Below, in pieces: positions 10,904-22,905 of a DNA stretch of 64,000 nucleotides; position 1 is the stretch's first letter, and every line of letters starts with the position of its first letter. This DNA is from Octopus sinensis. Its lineage: Eukaryota. Location of the stretch: assembly GCF_006345805.1 (NCBI RefSeq), contig NC_043000.1, positions 92,070,001 through 92,134,000 of the forward strand, given 5' to 3'. Both the position numbers and the translations under genes were made by a program. Below the pieces are notes generated by a model. The model saw nothing but the letters and a program-made list of their open reading frames with translations, had not been told where the DNA came from and ran no database searches.

Positions 10904-13900
10904 TTATGTTGTATCTTTCACTCGCAACTTTCGTGCTACATCCTTCCATCGTTCTTCATACACTCTCCTAGTCAGGCATATTCTTTCCAGCCCTATCTTC
11001 CTTTTCAGGTGAAAGATGAAATAATTCATCAAACCAGGGCGGAGATGAACTTGCCTGACTGTAAACCTTTCATTCTCGTCTTCCATATCACCTCTTTCGC
11101 AATTGCTACTACAACGAGAAAACGAAACTTACCTTCATTCACGAGGAAATCCGGGGGGTCAATTTTTGTAATCGACTCAGTCGACAGCTGTACTCTTCGT
11201 GTACCTGACAACAGGTGTTCGGCATAAACCCACACCTCAGACACGTCGGGACAATGAACAATAGCGTGCGGGACGGGTTCCCTATCCCGCCCGCATCTTG
11301 GACATATCGGACTGTCTTGGCCACCGTGCCTTGCGAGTTTATCCCGAACAGGTAGAGCTCCTCTGTAGCATTGCCATGCCAGAGACTTCTGGAAGTTGTC
11401 CAGTGTCCTCGGCTCGAACGTACGTCGGAACAGACTGGCCAGCTGATTATCGTCGAGACCTAGGGTTTCCCCAAGGTATCTTCACATTCCGCCTCTACCA
11501 ACCCTCTATAGAAGAATGTGGTGGAACCCCCACCGCAGGCGTTGCCCGAGCGACGGAATAGCAGGAGAGCCTTGCGACACTCTCGTGTACCAAGTACCAA
11601 GTTTCGATCTACGATTCAGCCAGGTTTCCCATCCACCGAAACTAGTGAACTTGGGAAAACATCAGTTTTGCTAGCGAAGACCACACCCGTTCACCATCCA
11701 GGTAGAGCCACAGATGTCTTAACCTCAGCGCATGTCTGCGCATCATCAGCCAAGGCATCCCTAGCCCACCCTTTAACGGTTGTTGACAGCAAGTAGAGCG
11801 TTTCACAAGTGGTTTCCCGCCCTTCCACAAGAAGTAGAAGAGCTGTCTTTCCAACTTGATCAACCACGAATCAGGGCAAGGAACGACGGAAAGGCGGTAG
11901 GTGATAACCGATGCGATAAACACATTGGCCACCTCCGCCCTCCCTTTCAGGGATAGCCACCGCCAAGACCAGGTCTTGGCTACTGCAGCCACCTTGCTCG
12001 TTACTCGCCCCAATTCTTCTCTATTGGAGGTCTGGACCGAACCAGACCCTAGCAGTTTAATCGGACCCTCCGTCCAACGTCCCACGACGCTGTCAGGAGG
12101 CATCGACTTGCCTCTCCAGGTGCCGAGTTGCAAGCCGACTGACTTTTCGCGATTAACTTTTGCTCCTGTCACCGTCTCGTAAACCTCTATGGCCTTGCCT
12201 ACTTTACATAGGTGGTCCATTTCGGTTACGATGATGGTGATGTCATCCGCGTACGCTGATACTGATTTTCCATTACCTGGCTGTCTCGGGATGCCGCTCA
12301 GTTTTCGCAGTAATGGCTCGAGAGCCATCACGTACAAAAGCGGGGAGATCGGACACCCTTGACGAACCGAGCGTTTGATTTTGAACGGCTTCGACAAGAA
12401 GCCGTTCACCCGAACTACCGAGTCGATGTTATCATACATTTGGATAATCCACCTGAGGAAGCCAAGGCTCAGCCCGAACTGTGCCAGGGCAGATACCAGG
12501 TAACGATGGTCGACCCTATCAAAAACTTTAGATTGGTCTAATTGGACCAGTGCCCCACCCTTGCCAGAACCACTATTAAACCCCTCTATAGTGTACCGCA
12601 TTAGATGGAGATTATCCTGAATGGATCTGCCCGGAACGGCACATGTCTGTGCCTCTCCGATCAGACCATCCGCGACACGCGCCAATCTTTTCGATAACAC
12701 TTTGGCCAAAATCTTCAACTCTGTGTTTAGTAGAGTGATGGGCCTGAAATTATCAATGCACTCCCCCTGCTCGGGTCCTTTCTGACGAGAGTCACTACTC
12801 CCCGGCGCACAGATCTGGGTATAAGCCCGTTCTGCTGCCAGTTCGCATAGACCTCCGCCAGTAGGTGCCCGAACAAGTCTGGCATACTCTTATATAACTC
12901 ATAGGGTAGACCATCCAAACCCGGCGCCTTGCCCGCGCCGCAGTCCGCCATTGCCTCAACCACCTCCTCAGGCGTGATTGGCCCTTCACAGCCCTCCGCA
13001 TCTCGCCCCGATAAGCGCGGCAGCCCGTCGAGTAGGTCCGTAAAGGCCCTCCTCCTATCCAGTCCGCCGCACTCACCGAAAAGCTGAGCGAAGTGCTCCT
13101 GAAAGGCCTCACACATCTCCTCGGGTTCGTTTATCAACTCACCTTGTTGGTTCGTCAAAGATCGAATCGTGGCATCGTTACCATGCCGAGCTTCCACCAC
13201 TCGGGCCCATCTCACGGCGTTGATTCCTTCACATCCCATATGGCGGATTCTAGCCCTGACAATGCAGCCCATGTGTTTGGCCTCGAGGTGCTGGTTTAAC
13301 ACCAGTCTCTTGGACGCCACCTGAGCCGCAGAGCCAGTTTTCATGGCTTCCTCTAATTCCTTAACTAGAGTAGTTTCCCTTCTAGCCTCTCTAGCCACTA
13401 CTCCTATGCTATATCTAATAGACTCAAACTTGATGGCTCGTTTGAGGGCGTACCACCATTTGTTATTAATGATGGTACCAGATAGTGCCCTCTGAATTAT
13501 ATTCCTAATCCGGTCTTTGTACTCCTTAATCGCCAAAAGGGACGTATTAAGTTTCCAGTAACCGGATCCTCTATTTTTAACCTTATCTATGTCAAGCTTA
13601 CAAGTGACCATTTTATGATCACTGTAGCTGATCGGGTAAAACTGTGGACACTTAGCTATTTTACTGTCTACTTTTCTAATTAGTATTCTATCTAAATATG
13701 ACCTGGAAGATCCGTCGCTGTTTGACCATGTCCACAATGGAGCGTTCGGAAATTCCAGCCTATAAGGATCTGCTAGCTCAAAGCGGCTTAGCAGTTCCAT
13801 GAAGCCACTGTTGCCTTTTCTATCTGGACACGAGCCAACATAATCTACATCCGCTTTGCAAATTGTGTTAAAGTCTCCTAGCACCACTAATGAATGCGAA

Positions 13901-14294
13901 GTACCAAGAAAGTTTTCTAGTTCACGAAAATAATCACTTTGCCCTGTATGGTTGGGTGCGTAAATTGCAACCAGTCTGATAACTTTACCGTTACTGAACG
14001 TCAAATCCATGACGACCAGCCTACCTTCTGGATCTGCAAAAATTAACTTTTTCTCAGAAACCCGGTTTCTTTTTAATAGGACCAACACCCCACTCCCGCC
14101 TGTAGGACTGCCAGGAGAGAAAAAACTCTCGTAGCCGTCAAACAGCGGGAGTAGACCTCTTGGCCCCTCTAACCGGTTTCTGTAGCAACAATAACATCTA
14201 AATTACGCGACCTGATATCATGCAGGAAGCGACCTTGCTTCCAGTCTGCTCCCAGGCCGCGCACATTCAAACAACCAACATAAATGTAATCCAT
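10904..14294 (-). pseudogene. LINE ORF2 (AP endonuclease + reverse transcriptase + C-terminal region), frameshifted
   Basis: MDYIYVGCLNVRGL..VATET; VVLGDFN; SYLDRIL; SDH; KAPGLDGL; LDQSKVFDRV; VRQGCPISP; AYADD; assembled from ORFs 12727-14088, 11642-12718, 11029-11244 and 10904-11086. Confidence 0.92.
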
Positions 14295-14478
14295 TACTTA
14301 CCTTATATCAGTGGTTCGGTTTTCTCTTGTTCTTCTAACTCTTTTTCTGGGCCTCGTGGGGGAGTCTGACGTAGGCCCTCGAATATATGTGGAGATGTCA
14401 CATCCAATCTAAGTGGGCCTACGTCATGGAAGAATTCTGACTTTATCCGCCCGTAATCCTTCCGGCCTATTCTGTAAA

Positions 14479-15677
14479 TTACAAAGTCGTTTTTTTCACT
14501 ACTTTCTCCACTTTGGCCATGGCTGCCAAGACGTTTCCGAGTCTGCTATTTGCTGCCTTTACGGCCATATACGAGTTCATTGACTCTTTTTTCTTTTTTA
14601 AAATTACTCTGGGAGGGGTGGTTTCCGTTTTTCTTTTTTTTTTTCCGGTAATTTTTGCCCACCCCTCCTCATTTATCTTTTCCTCGCTCTTTTTTTCCTC
14701 CGCCGCTGGTTCTGCTGTCACCGTCACCTCCACACCTTCAGTCTTCCTTCTGGGCCGTCCGACGCTGCTTCTGGTGACACATTATCTTCTTTTTCTTTTG
14801 GCTTAGGTGCTTCCTGCGGTTTGGGTTGGGGTTGGCATTCCGCCCTTACATGACCCTTCTTGCCGCAGCCGAAGCACCTCGGCTTCCTGCCCTCCACGAA
14901 AACTGTTATTTTCTCGTCTTCACAAATCTTTACCGTTTCTGGAATTTCTTCCAGTGTTTGCACCTCCGCCTGAATGGCTATCACTATTTTCTGCCCTTTC
15001 CAGAACTCCTCTTCCTCCACTGTGGCCTGGAGGATGTTTATTTTTTCCTCCAGACCTACCATCACTGCTGCCACCAGACATTCAGCATCTGCCTCTGGCG
15101 GTATGTTGTTCATTGAAATTTTCGACGTCCTTTTTCCTTTATACAATGGTAGTAAGACAATGTTTTCCGCTTTGATTGGCTCCATCGATAGTTTCTTCGC
15201 TATCTCCTCCGTAGTAAAACGCACCTCCACTGTGCCGTATCTTTTTCCTCTGTTTATATACGTTATTTTATCCATAAAAGGTTTTAGACAAGACTCTTTT
15301 TTTTTTTCTTCGATTTTTTGGATCATTTTTCGTTGTGTCGTAAGTTTTATATATTATTCTTTTTTTTTCTATATCGTCATGTATTTGTATTGTGTGGCCA
15401 CAGTCACTTCTGTGCCTTCTTTTTTTACACAGTCTGCAAATTTTTTAAAATTTTCTATATTTATTTTTTTGATCTTTTTCCCAGCCACTTCAGCGAATTT
15501 TTTTGCTGGAGTTGATGCTGGTACTGGTTTTTCCATTTTCTTGGGCGACGCCGCCTCTTTTTTCTTCGGCGACAGCGCCTCTTTTTTTCTTGGCGACAAC
15601 GCCTCTTTTTTACTTGGCGACAACGCCGGGTATTCATCCTCGCTCGTCACGGGCGAATAAGAGATGGGGGACTCCAT
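14479..15677 (-). pseudogene. LINE ORF1 with a single CCHC zinc knuckle, frameshifted
   Basis: Starts MESPISYSP; CFGCGKKGHVRAEC knuckle; pieces in ORFs 15369-15686, 14724-15326 and 14479-14733. Confidence 0.88.
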
Positions 15678-16439
15678 CTTGAACAAATGGCTTTAACAAG
15701 CCTTTGGTAAATCCAAATTAATTGTAGTTTTCCCCCACTGAGGGGGGAACACCAACGCGAAGTCTTCGCGCGAAGGCTGACTTCGTCAGTTAGACAACAA
15801 TAGACAAAACAGGTAGACCAACAGTATATAATAACAGAGATAATAGTACGAGAGCAAAAATATATCAACTTACTAATAAACGCAAAAATAGCTTGGAGCC
15901 ATGTGTTCAAATCTTTTTTCTCTACATTGAATACTTTATAGACAATAGTCATTTCTTTAATTAAATTTTTTATTATCCATCTGGACTATTCCATTTCTGC
16001 ACGCTAATTTTATTTTTAATTTATTCCCATTCATGTGAAACCACTTATTCAAATCAAATCATTGATGCCAATTTTATACCAATTGCTATTTTTACTTTTG
16101 TCATGTTACTTTAGTTTGATTTTAATTATTACTTACTACATATAATTCAATTGTTATTATTATTTTTATTGTTAAAGTGAAAGTATCTGACATAAAATAG
16201 AGAAACGTTTTTGTTTCACTTTTAACACGTAATACTGAAATAGTGGAGAAGATATGATATTGCTATGGGCTCGCTCTAGGCAAGAAGTTGAACATTTTTT
16301 GCCCATGAAACTACATGGACCCTAAGTAAGGCATGTGTAAAATTTGAATGAAATTGGTTGTGTAGTTCTCAAGTTTTAGGGAAACACACAGACAAACAGA
16401 CAGACAGACACACATTCTCAGTTTTATATATATAAAGAT

Positions 16440-16604
16440 ATACGACGGGCTTCTTTCAGTTTCCGTCTACCAAATCCACTCACAAGGCTTTGGTCGACCC
16501 GAGGCTAGTAGAAGACACTTGCTCAAGGTGCCACGCAGTAGGATTGAACCCAGAACCATGGGGCTGGTAAGCAAGCTACTTACCACACAGCCACTCCTAC
16601 GCCT
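16440..16604 (-). mobile_element. SINE family A, 5' half (interrupted copy)
   Basis: Reverse complement of ggcgtaggagtggctgtgtggtaag..ggttctgggttcaatcc..gaaagaagcccgtcgtat. Confidence 0.85.
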
Positions 16605-16869
16605 ATACTGATATATATATATTATTTGTCTTTTAGTTAGCTTTAGCTAATGAATTTTATCGTTGCATTTGTATCTTATCAAAATATTATTTATTTATTT
16701 ATTTGACTTTATTTTTTTTTTCAATGTATCCCATGAAATGCTCCTTTTTGATTTCGTTTTCTGAATATCCTTATGAACAACTTTTAGTTTCATTCCTCAA
16801 ATTTTATTCAAGGGGCAGAAACATGAAATTTAGGGCGACAAAATATAAAGCTTTAACTTTAAAAAAATA

Positions 16870-17427
16870 GGATTTTTACCTTTTGACCGACAGATTTTAA
16901 AAATATTTTCTTGTAACTAAACACTTTCAAACTTCGAACACTGGTAGAATGTGTCATATAAAACATCTTTTACTCTTAGCATTTTTGAGAAAAACTTATA
17001 TTTAGGAAATTATTTCACGTTAAATTTGTAGTATTTTGGTAATTTCAACCAATCAATGACGTGTATTCTGCTGAATACAATTACTGCTGTTGTTTGTCAA
17101 CAAGAACTTCCGGCGGTGTATATTTCTTTTGTTACTGTTATTTATGACAGCCCTAAACTTAAAACCCTAACCCTGAAACCTTAACCCTAAAACCTTAACC
17201 CTAAAACCCTAACCCTAAAACCCTAACCCTAAAACTCTAAACCTTACCCTAAAACCCTAACCCTAAAACCCTAACCCTAAAACCCAAACCCTAACACCCT
17301 GACACTAAAATCCTAGCCCTAACCCTAACCCGGATCTTTACTTTTTGACCTACCAGTGTCCGAAGTTTGAAAGTATTTAGTTACAAAAAATTATTTTCTA
17401 AATCTCTAGGTCTAAAGGTAAAGATTC
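16870..17427. mobile_element. MITE-like element with about 75-bp TIRs and an internal CCCTAA-based array
   Basis: 16870-16947 is the reverse complement of 17350-17427; about 15-bp AACCCTAACCCTAAA units at 17151-17331. Confidence 0.7.
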
Positions 17428-17570
17428 AAAAAATATTTTGATAATTCGTTTTCAGCACTGAGGATTTCATTATCTATTCCTGCTAACACCGAAAACTTAA
17501 TGCTCAAGTACTTACAAATACATATTTAAATATATATCAATCAATCAAGCAATGAGACAGTGTGTGTGTA

Positions 17571-17945
17571 TGTGCGTATGCGTAGCTGTGTGGCAAGAAA
17601 CTTGCTTTCCAACCACATGGTTCCAGGTTCAGTCCCACTGTGTGGCAACTTGAACGAATATCTTCTACTATAGACTCGGGCTGACCAAAGCCCTGTGAGT
17701 GGATTTGGTAGACGAAACTAAAAGAAGTCCGTCGTATGTGTGTGTACCTGTGTTCGTCACCCACCGCCGCTTGACAACCAGTGTTTGTATGTTTACGTCT
17801 CTGTAAATTAGGGGTTCGGCAAAAGAGATCGAGAGAATAAGTACAAGGCTTTTTAAAAAATAAGCACTTAGGCCTATATATTCGACTAAAAATTCTTTAA
17901 GGCGGTGTCCAGCATGGCCACAGTCTAACGACTGAAACAAAATGA
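17571..17945 (+). mobile_element. SINE family A
   Basis: tRNA-like head, central CA/TA tract, conserved tail. Confidence 0.85.
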
Positions 17946-18032
17946 TATATATATATATATATATATAACAGCTGTAAGGACCATTTTATGTGTATTATTC
18001 TTATGGTTTTATTAATTTGCATATTGATGTAT

Positions 18033-18232
18033 ATTGACCATCAGATGTTGCTACACATCGCTGGTCACAATGCGTTCGCATTGTTTTAGCCTTCGAATGA
18101 CGCCACCCCGCTGCCGGAGCCTCGTGGAGCTTTTTAGGTGTTTTCGCTCAATAAACACACACAACGCCCGGTCTGGGAATCGAAACCGCGATCCTACGAC
18201 CGCGAGTCCGCTGCCCTAGCCAGTGGTTATTG
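18033..18232 (-). mobile_element. SINE family C, internally deleted
   Basis: Reverse complement matches 3889-4010. Confidence 0.8.
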
Positions 18233-19699
18233 AGCGAAAATACCTATATATACATGCATATATAAGTACAGGACATCAGAAAACGTTGAACACAATAAGA
18301 AACGAGAACATAAAAACAAAAACATAGAAACGAACTTTTTCAAACAACGAAAAAAAACAGAGAAACGAAATATACAACATAAAGAATATATATATATATG
18401 TGTGTGTGGAGGCGCATGCTGTGCGGCCCAGAGGTGTTTAACAAGTTCTAATATCTTAAAACAATAAGGAATATAGATTTTATAGGCTTTGGGAGTCTGA
18501 CTAGAATTTTAAATATTTTATTAATTTACTTTATTGACAAGGGATTCTAAACATGTCAGAGATGAATGCACTTATGCTATTAGAGATCCTTTTAAAATAT
18601 ATTTATATAAAACTTAAGAATGTAATGGATCATATGATTTAAATGACAAAAATGCTTCTACCTAGATCAAAAACAAAACCCGTATCTTTAGTTAGGATTT
18701 CATTTTAAATCCCCAGTTGCAAAGGAAAATTTAAAGATAAGAGTACCTTTCAAAGTGCAGTATAATGTATTAATTTTGTATAAATTTGTATGTTTGTATG
18801 CATAGAAATATATAATTGTACCTAAGGATATACAGACACTATATATATATATAAAGAGAGAGAGAGAAATCCATCCATAGATAGATATCTATACATCTAC
18901 ATATATCTATACTTGATTATATATTATATGTATATATAAGTGTATACACACACATACACATACATTCATACATACCCGTACATACACACATACAGATTGA
19001 AAAAGAAAGAGTGAGATCATATATTTGTGAGTACGAATTTGCAATTCAAAATAGGAATAGATCCCTCATGGGTATTGAACCACATATATATGGAGTTTAA
19101 AGAACACAGGTTTTATTTGCTTCTTTTTGTTTGTGTGTGTGTCTTCATTGTTCTGTATATTTTTCTCGATCTCAGACTGAGTTTTAATAGCATATAATGA
19201 TTTATATTCCATATACTAAAATATTAGCTGTGAAATTACATATCTATATATCAACTAAATGCCCTCTATTGTAAGCTAAATGGTTGGAGTATGTGTAAGC
19301 ATCACCAGGAAGCTTAAAATGTAACCTGCTAAAGTGATGACGTGTTTTTAACAGAGAAAACAAGAGCCAACAAGACCCGGAGAACAAAGAAGCTTCAAAA
19401 AATTATGTATATAGTGTTGCAAAACTGCTTTTTACTTACGGCTCTTTCTCAGGTATGTATTTTCAATGATTTTATAGATAGGTGGTAGGTATGGATGTTT
19501 TCATATACATACATACATACATACATACATACATACGAATATACATACACACACATACATATATTATAATGAGGAAGGGCGGTTTATGAGTTTACTTTGG
19601 GTTTCTCGCTCATAAGGTGATTAGCCTTAACGATACACAGTAAGGCTAAATTAGAGTGTGCTTCCCCTCCAGATTTATGTATTTCTACAAACGAAGGCA

Positions 19700-19925
19700 T
19701 GACACGATGTAGGTAAAGACATTTGAGAAATTTGAAAAGTTAACACGAAACCGGTAATTTCTTCAAAAACTATATTACTATATGCAAAAATTTATAACAT
19801 TCTTCTAACATAACGACTTAAATATATTCTTTAACCTTATAAAACAAGCCTTCTGTAGTTTTTCACTCTTTTCTATTTTCTATATATCCAACCACGTGCT
19901 TTCACACACCAACTTTCTCACCTAT
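19700..19925 (+). repeat. Solo PLE terminal repeat with U3-A8 HHR (19726-19762, GUA site)
   Basis: Near-identical to 1125-1310; 3' extension matches the reverse complement of 20335-20380. Confidence 0.75.
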
Positions 19926-20301
19926 ATATATATATATATATATGTACAGTTCAAATTTATAGAAAAACAAAAGACGAAGAACAACAAGCAGGTGTATTAG
20001 TTTAACGCTCGGAAAAAATTGAAGAGTCTTTTACGTTTCGAACCTACACTCTTCGACAAAAAAGGAATAAGGGAGGAAAAATGGAGAGAGAATGAAAAAA
20101 AAAAAAAAACAGAGAGAGAAAAACTGTAGTGTTTAGCGATTCAACGTGGCTGTGTGGTAAGAAGCTTGCTCTTCCCAACCGCATGTTTTCGGGTTTAGAG
20201 CCACTGCGTGACTCCTTGGGTAACTGTTTTCTACTATAGCCTCGGGTCGACCAAAGCCTTGAGAGGGGATTTGATAGACGGAAACTGAAAGAAGCCCATA
20301 G

Positions 20302-20334
<33 letters not shown>

Positions 20335-20519
20335 CATAGGTGCGAAAGTTGGTGTGTGAAAGCACGTAGTTGAATATATAGAAAATAGTAAAAAGTGAAA
20401 AAACTACAGAAGGCTTGTTTTAAAAGGTTAAAAATATATATATTTGAGTCATTATGTCTGAAGAATGTTATAAATTTTTTTCATACAATGACATAGTTTT
20501 TGAATGACAGGTTTCGCGT

Positions 20520-21140
20520 TCAGCTTTTCAAATTTCTTACATCGTTATGTTTACGTTGAGAAGTGTGAAGGAGAGTTCCAGATAAGGGGGGGGGGGTAAT
20601 AAGTGATTTCTTCCGGTGTAAGGGAGATAATCGCTTAATATTTCTTGCCTTTTTTTGGAGTGAGTTTCTCTGTATAAGAATGTTAAAATGGTTAAGTTTG
20701 GGCTTGTATTTTTCAATGAAGAATGTTTCCTTGTTTAGTCTAATTTGTGTTGGTGTTCCGATAGCACATTGGTAAAATGGAAAGATTAAATATTGTGGTA
20801 GTAGTTGCTTTGCCCATTTCTCAATGTGCTCACTAAAGGGTATCATTCTGTATTCTGGGAATGCAATCTGTTGTCGATGCAGTGTGCATCTACGTCTGAG
20901 TGATAGTCCCGTGGACCCCACGTAGTTTTGGTGGCAGTCCGAGCATTTTATGACATAAATTATGTTTTCAGAGGCACAAGTAAAATTAGACTTGATCTTG
21001 AGTTTCTGTCCCTCTTTGAAGAGGAATTCTGATCCTTCTAGCAGGTTTGGACATGTTGCACAGTTCGGTCTACTACATTTTTTTTCATTTTGCATCCGTA
21101 ATTTCAGAAAACAATTTTGCCTTACACCGGAAGAAATCAC
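20520..21140 (-). CDS. PLE GIY-YIG endonuclease (C-terminal ORF remnant)
   Basis: KCSRPNCATC..FTCASENIIYVIKC..C..YVGSTG..LRRR..H..FPFY..KE.FFI.KYKPKLN; the first residues come from the inverted repeat. Confidence 0.85.
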   Translation of the reverse strand: MISSGVRQNCFLKLRMQNEKKCSRPNCATCPNLLEGSEFLFKEGQKLKIKSNFTCASENIIYVIKCSDCHQNYVGSTGLSLRRRCTLHRQQIAFPEYRMIPFSEHIEKWAKQLLPQYLIFPFYQCAIGTPTQIRLNKETFFIEKYKPKLNHFNILIQRNSLQKKARNIKRLSPLHRKKSLITPPPLSGTLLHTSQRKHNDVRNLKS

Positions 21141-21211
21141 TTATTACCTCCCCTTATCTGGAACTCTCCTTCACTCTCCTTCACACTCCTCAACGTAAAC
21201 ATAACGATGTA

Positions 21212-21249
21212 AGAAATTTGAAAAGCTGAACGCGAAACCGGTCATTTCT
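21212..21249 (+). ncRNA. Minimal type I hammerhead motif, U3-A8 variant
   Basis: AGAAAT-TTGAAAA-GC TGAAC GC-GAAA-C CG G TC-ATTTCT; mirror copy at 20502-20537 (-). Confidence 0.72.
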
Positions 21250-21369
21250 AAAAACTATATCATTGTATGAAAAGAATTTATAACATTCTTCAGACATAAT
21301 GACTCAAATATATATTTTTTAACCTTTTAAAACAAGCCTTCTGTAATTTTTTCACTTTTTACTATTTTC

Positions 21370-21421
<52 letters not shown>

Positions 21422-21596
21422 TGTGTGTGTTTGCGTCCGTGCGTGCATGTGTATGTGTGTATCTTCATTTGCTCGTATCACCCTCTCTCTCCCCTTTTTC
21501 CTTTCCCTCTCTAAACATACACACATACTTATATATGAATATATCTATATCTATATTTATATCTATCCATCTACATATATACATATATATATATAT

Positions 21597-21633
<37 letters not shown>

Positions 21634-21641
21634 GACACACA

Positions 21642-21731
<90 letters not shown>

Positions 21732-22125
21732 CATGTATAAATGTAGATAGAGAGAAAGGAAAGACTGAAAACGTTTACTCAATGAATATTCAAGTAATAT
21801 ATATATTTATTTTATTTTATTTATTTTATCTAGTTTCAGCTCACGAGCTGTGGCCATGCTGAGGCACCGCCATATATATATATATATAAATATTTGTAAA
21901 CAGAGCAAACGTACATGGACTACAAAGTCACAGAAAAATAAAGAGAAGGTAAAGTGTTACACGTCCGACAGCTGTTTCTAGGTGTTCGGACTCACTTCAT
22001 AATGTTGGTAGATACGTAAATAAACATTGGATAGATCTGGCTTCTGTCGTCAGGGTGGACAGATAAAAATCTGTATGTATGTAAATATATATTTTTTTAG
22101 CATGTATATATACATATAACACCTG

Positions 22126-22170
<45 letters not shown>

Positions 22171-22531
22171 TATTATGGGGGGAGATAAGCTCAAGTAGAA
22201 CAATTCAAATTTTTTGAGAAAATATTTGAGAAAAAGAGAAAATATTCTTAATAAAACTTCATCATACACAAAAAATAACCTGCTAGAACAAGCAATTAAA
22301 ATATGAAAGTAACAAGTAAAAAGTTCGTTATACCTATGTATAAGATTAAATCTTATATAAAATACTATAAATAATTATAAAAATGGAGAAGAGATGTTAA
22401 AAGTTCAAAATATAATATAATTTAATATAATATATATTTCGAACTTTTAACATCTCTTATTTTTATAACTGTTTATAGTGTTTTATATAAGATTTTATTT
22501 ATCTTATACATACCTATAAAGAACACTTTTA

Positions 22532-22579
<48 letters not shown>

Positions 22580-22582
<3 letters not shown>

Positions 22583-22905
22583 AGTGCTGTGTGGTAAAAA
22601 GCTTGCTTTCCAGCCACATGGTTCCTGGTTCAGTCCCACTGCGTGGCACCTTGGACAAGTTTCTTGTGAGTGCATTTGGTAGACGGAAACTGAAAGAAGT
22701 TCGTCGTATATATACACATATGTGTGTGTATTTGTCCCCCCACCATCGCTTGACAATCGGTGTTGGTGTGTCTACGTACCGGTAACTTAGCAGTTCGGCA
22801 AAAGGAACTCATATAATAAGTCCTGGGGTCGATTCGTTCGACTAAAGGCGGCGCTCCAGCATAGCCACAGTTAAATGACTGATACATGTAAAAGAATAAA
22901 AGTAT
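22580..22905 (+). mobile_element. SINE family A (internally deleted)
   Basis: Head and tail match the other family A copies. Confidence 0.85.

Larger units (their letters stand above)
10657..15950 (-). mobile_element. Near full-length L1/Tx1-type non-LTR retrotransposon
   Basis: 5' UTR, CCHC ORF1, APE-RT ORF2, 3' UTR ending ccccttgtgggtaataataaaacaa; a few frameshifts; 5' boundary approximate. Confidence 0.92.
10171..16439 (+). mobile_element. Non-autonomous Helitron/Lep1-like repeat interrupted by the LINE
   Basis: 5' ACTAGCA..GACCCG TCGTTGC CGGGTC..TGCTAGT hairpin end; 3' end with (CAGA)n and cagttttatatatataaagat; same architecture as 60389-63645; family assignment is by resemblance. Confidence 0.55.
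20335..21372 (-). mobile_element. 5'-truncated Penelope-like element with an inverted terminal repeat
   Basis: GIY-YIG ORF between about 250-bp inverted repeats (20371-20623 and 21120-21372), each carrying an HHR motif. Confidence 0.9.

Noticed and set aside
17151-17331. True chromosome end or fusion site
   Set aside because: Short, degenerate, 15-bp periodic and enclosed by TIRs
21950-22000. Minus-strand GAAACAGCTGTC with a palindromic stem III
   Set aside because: No intact CUGANGA box or stem II
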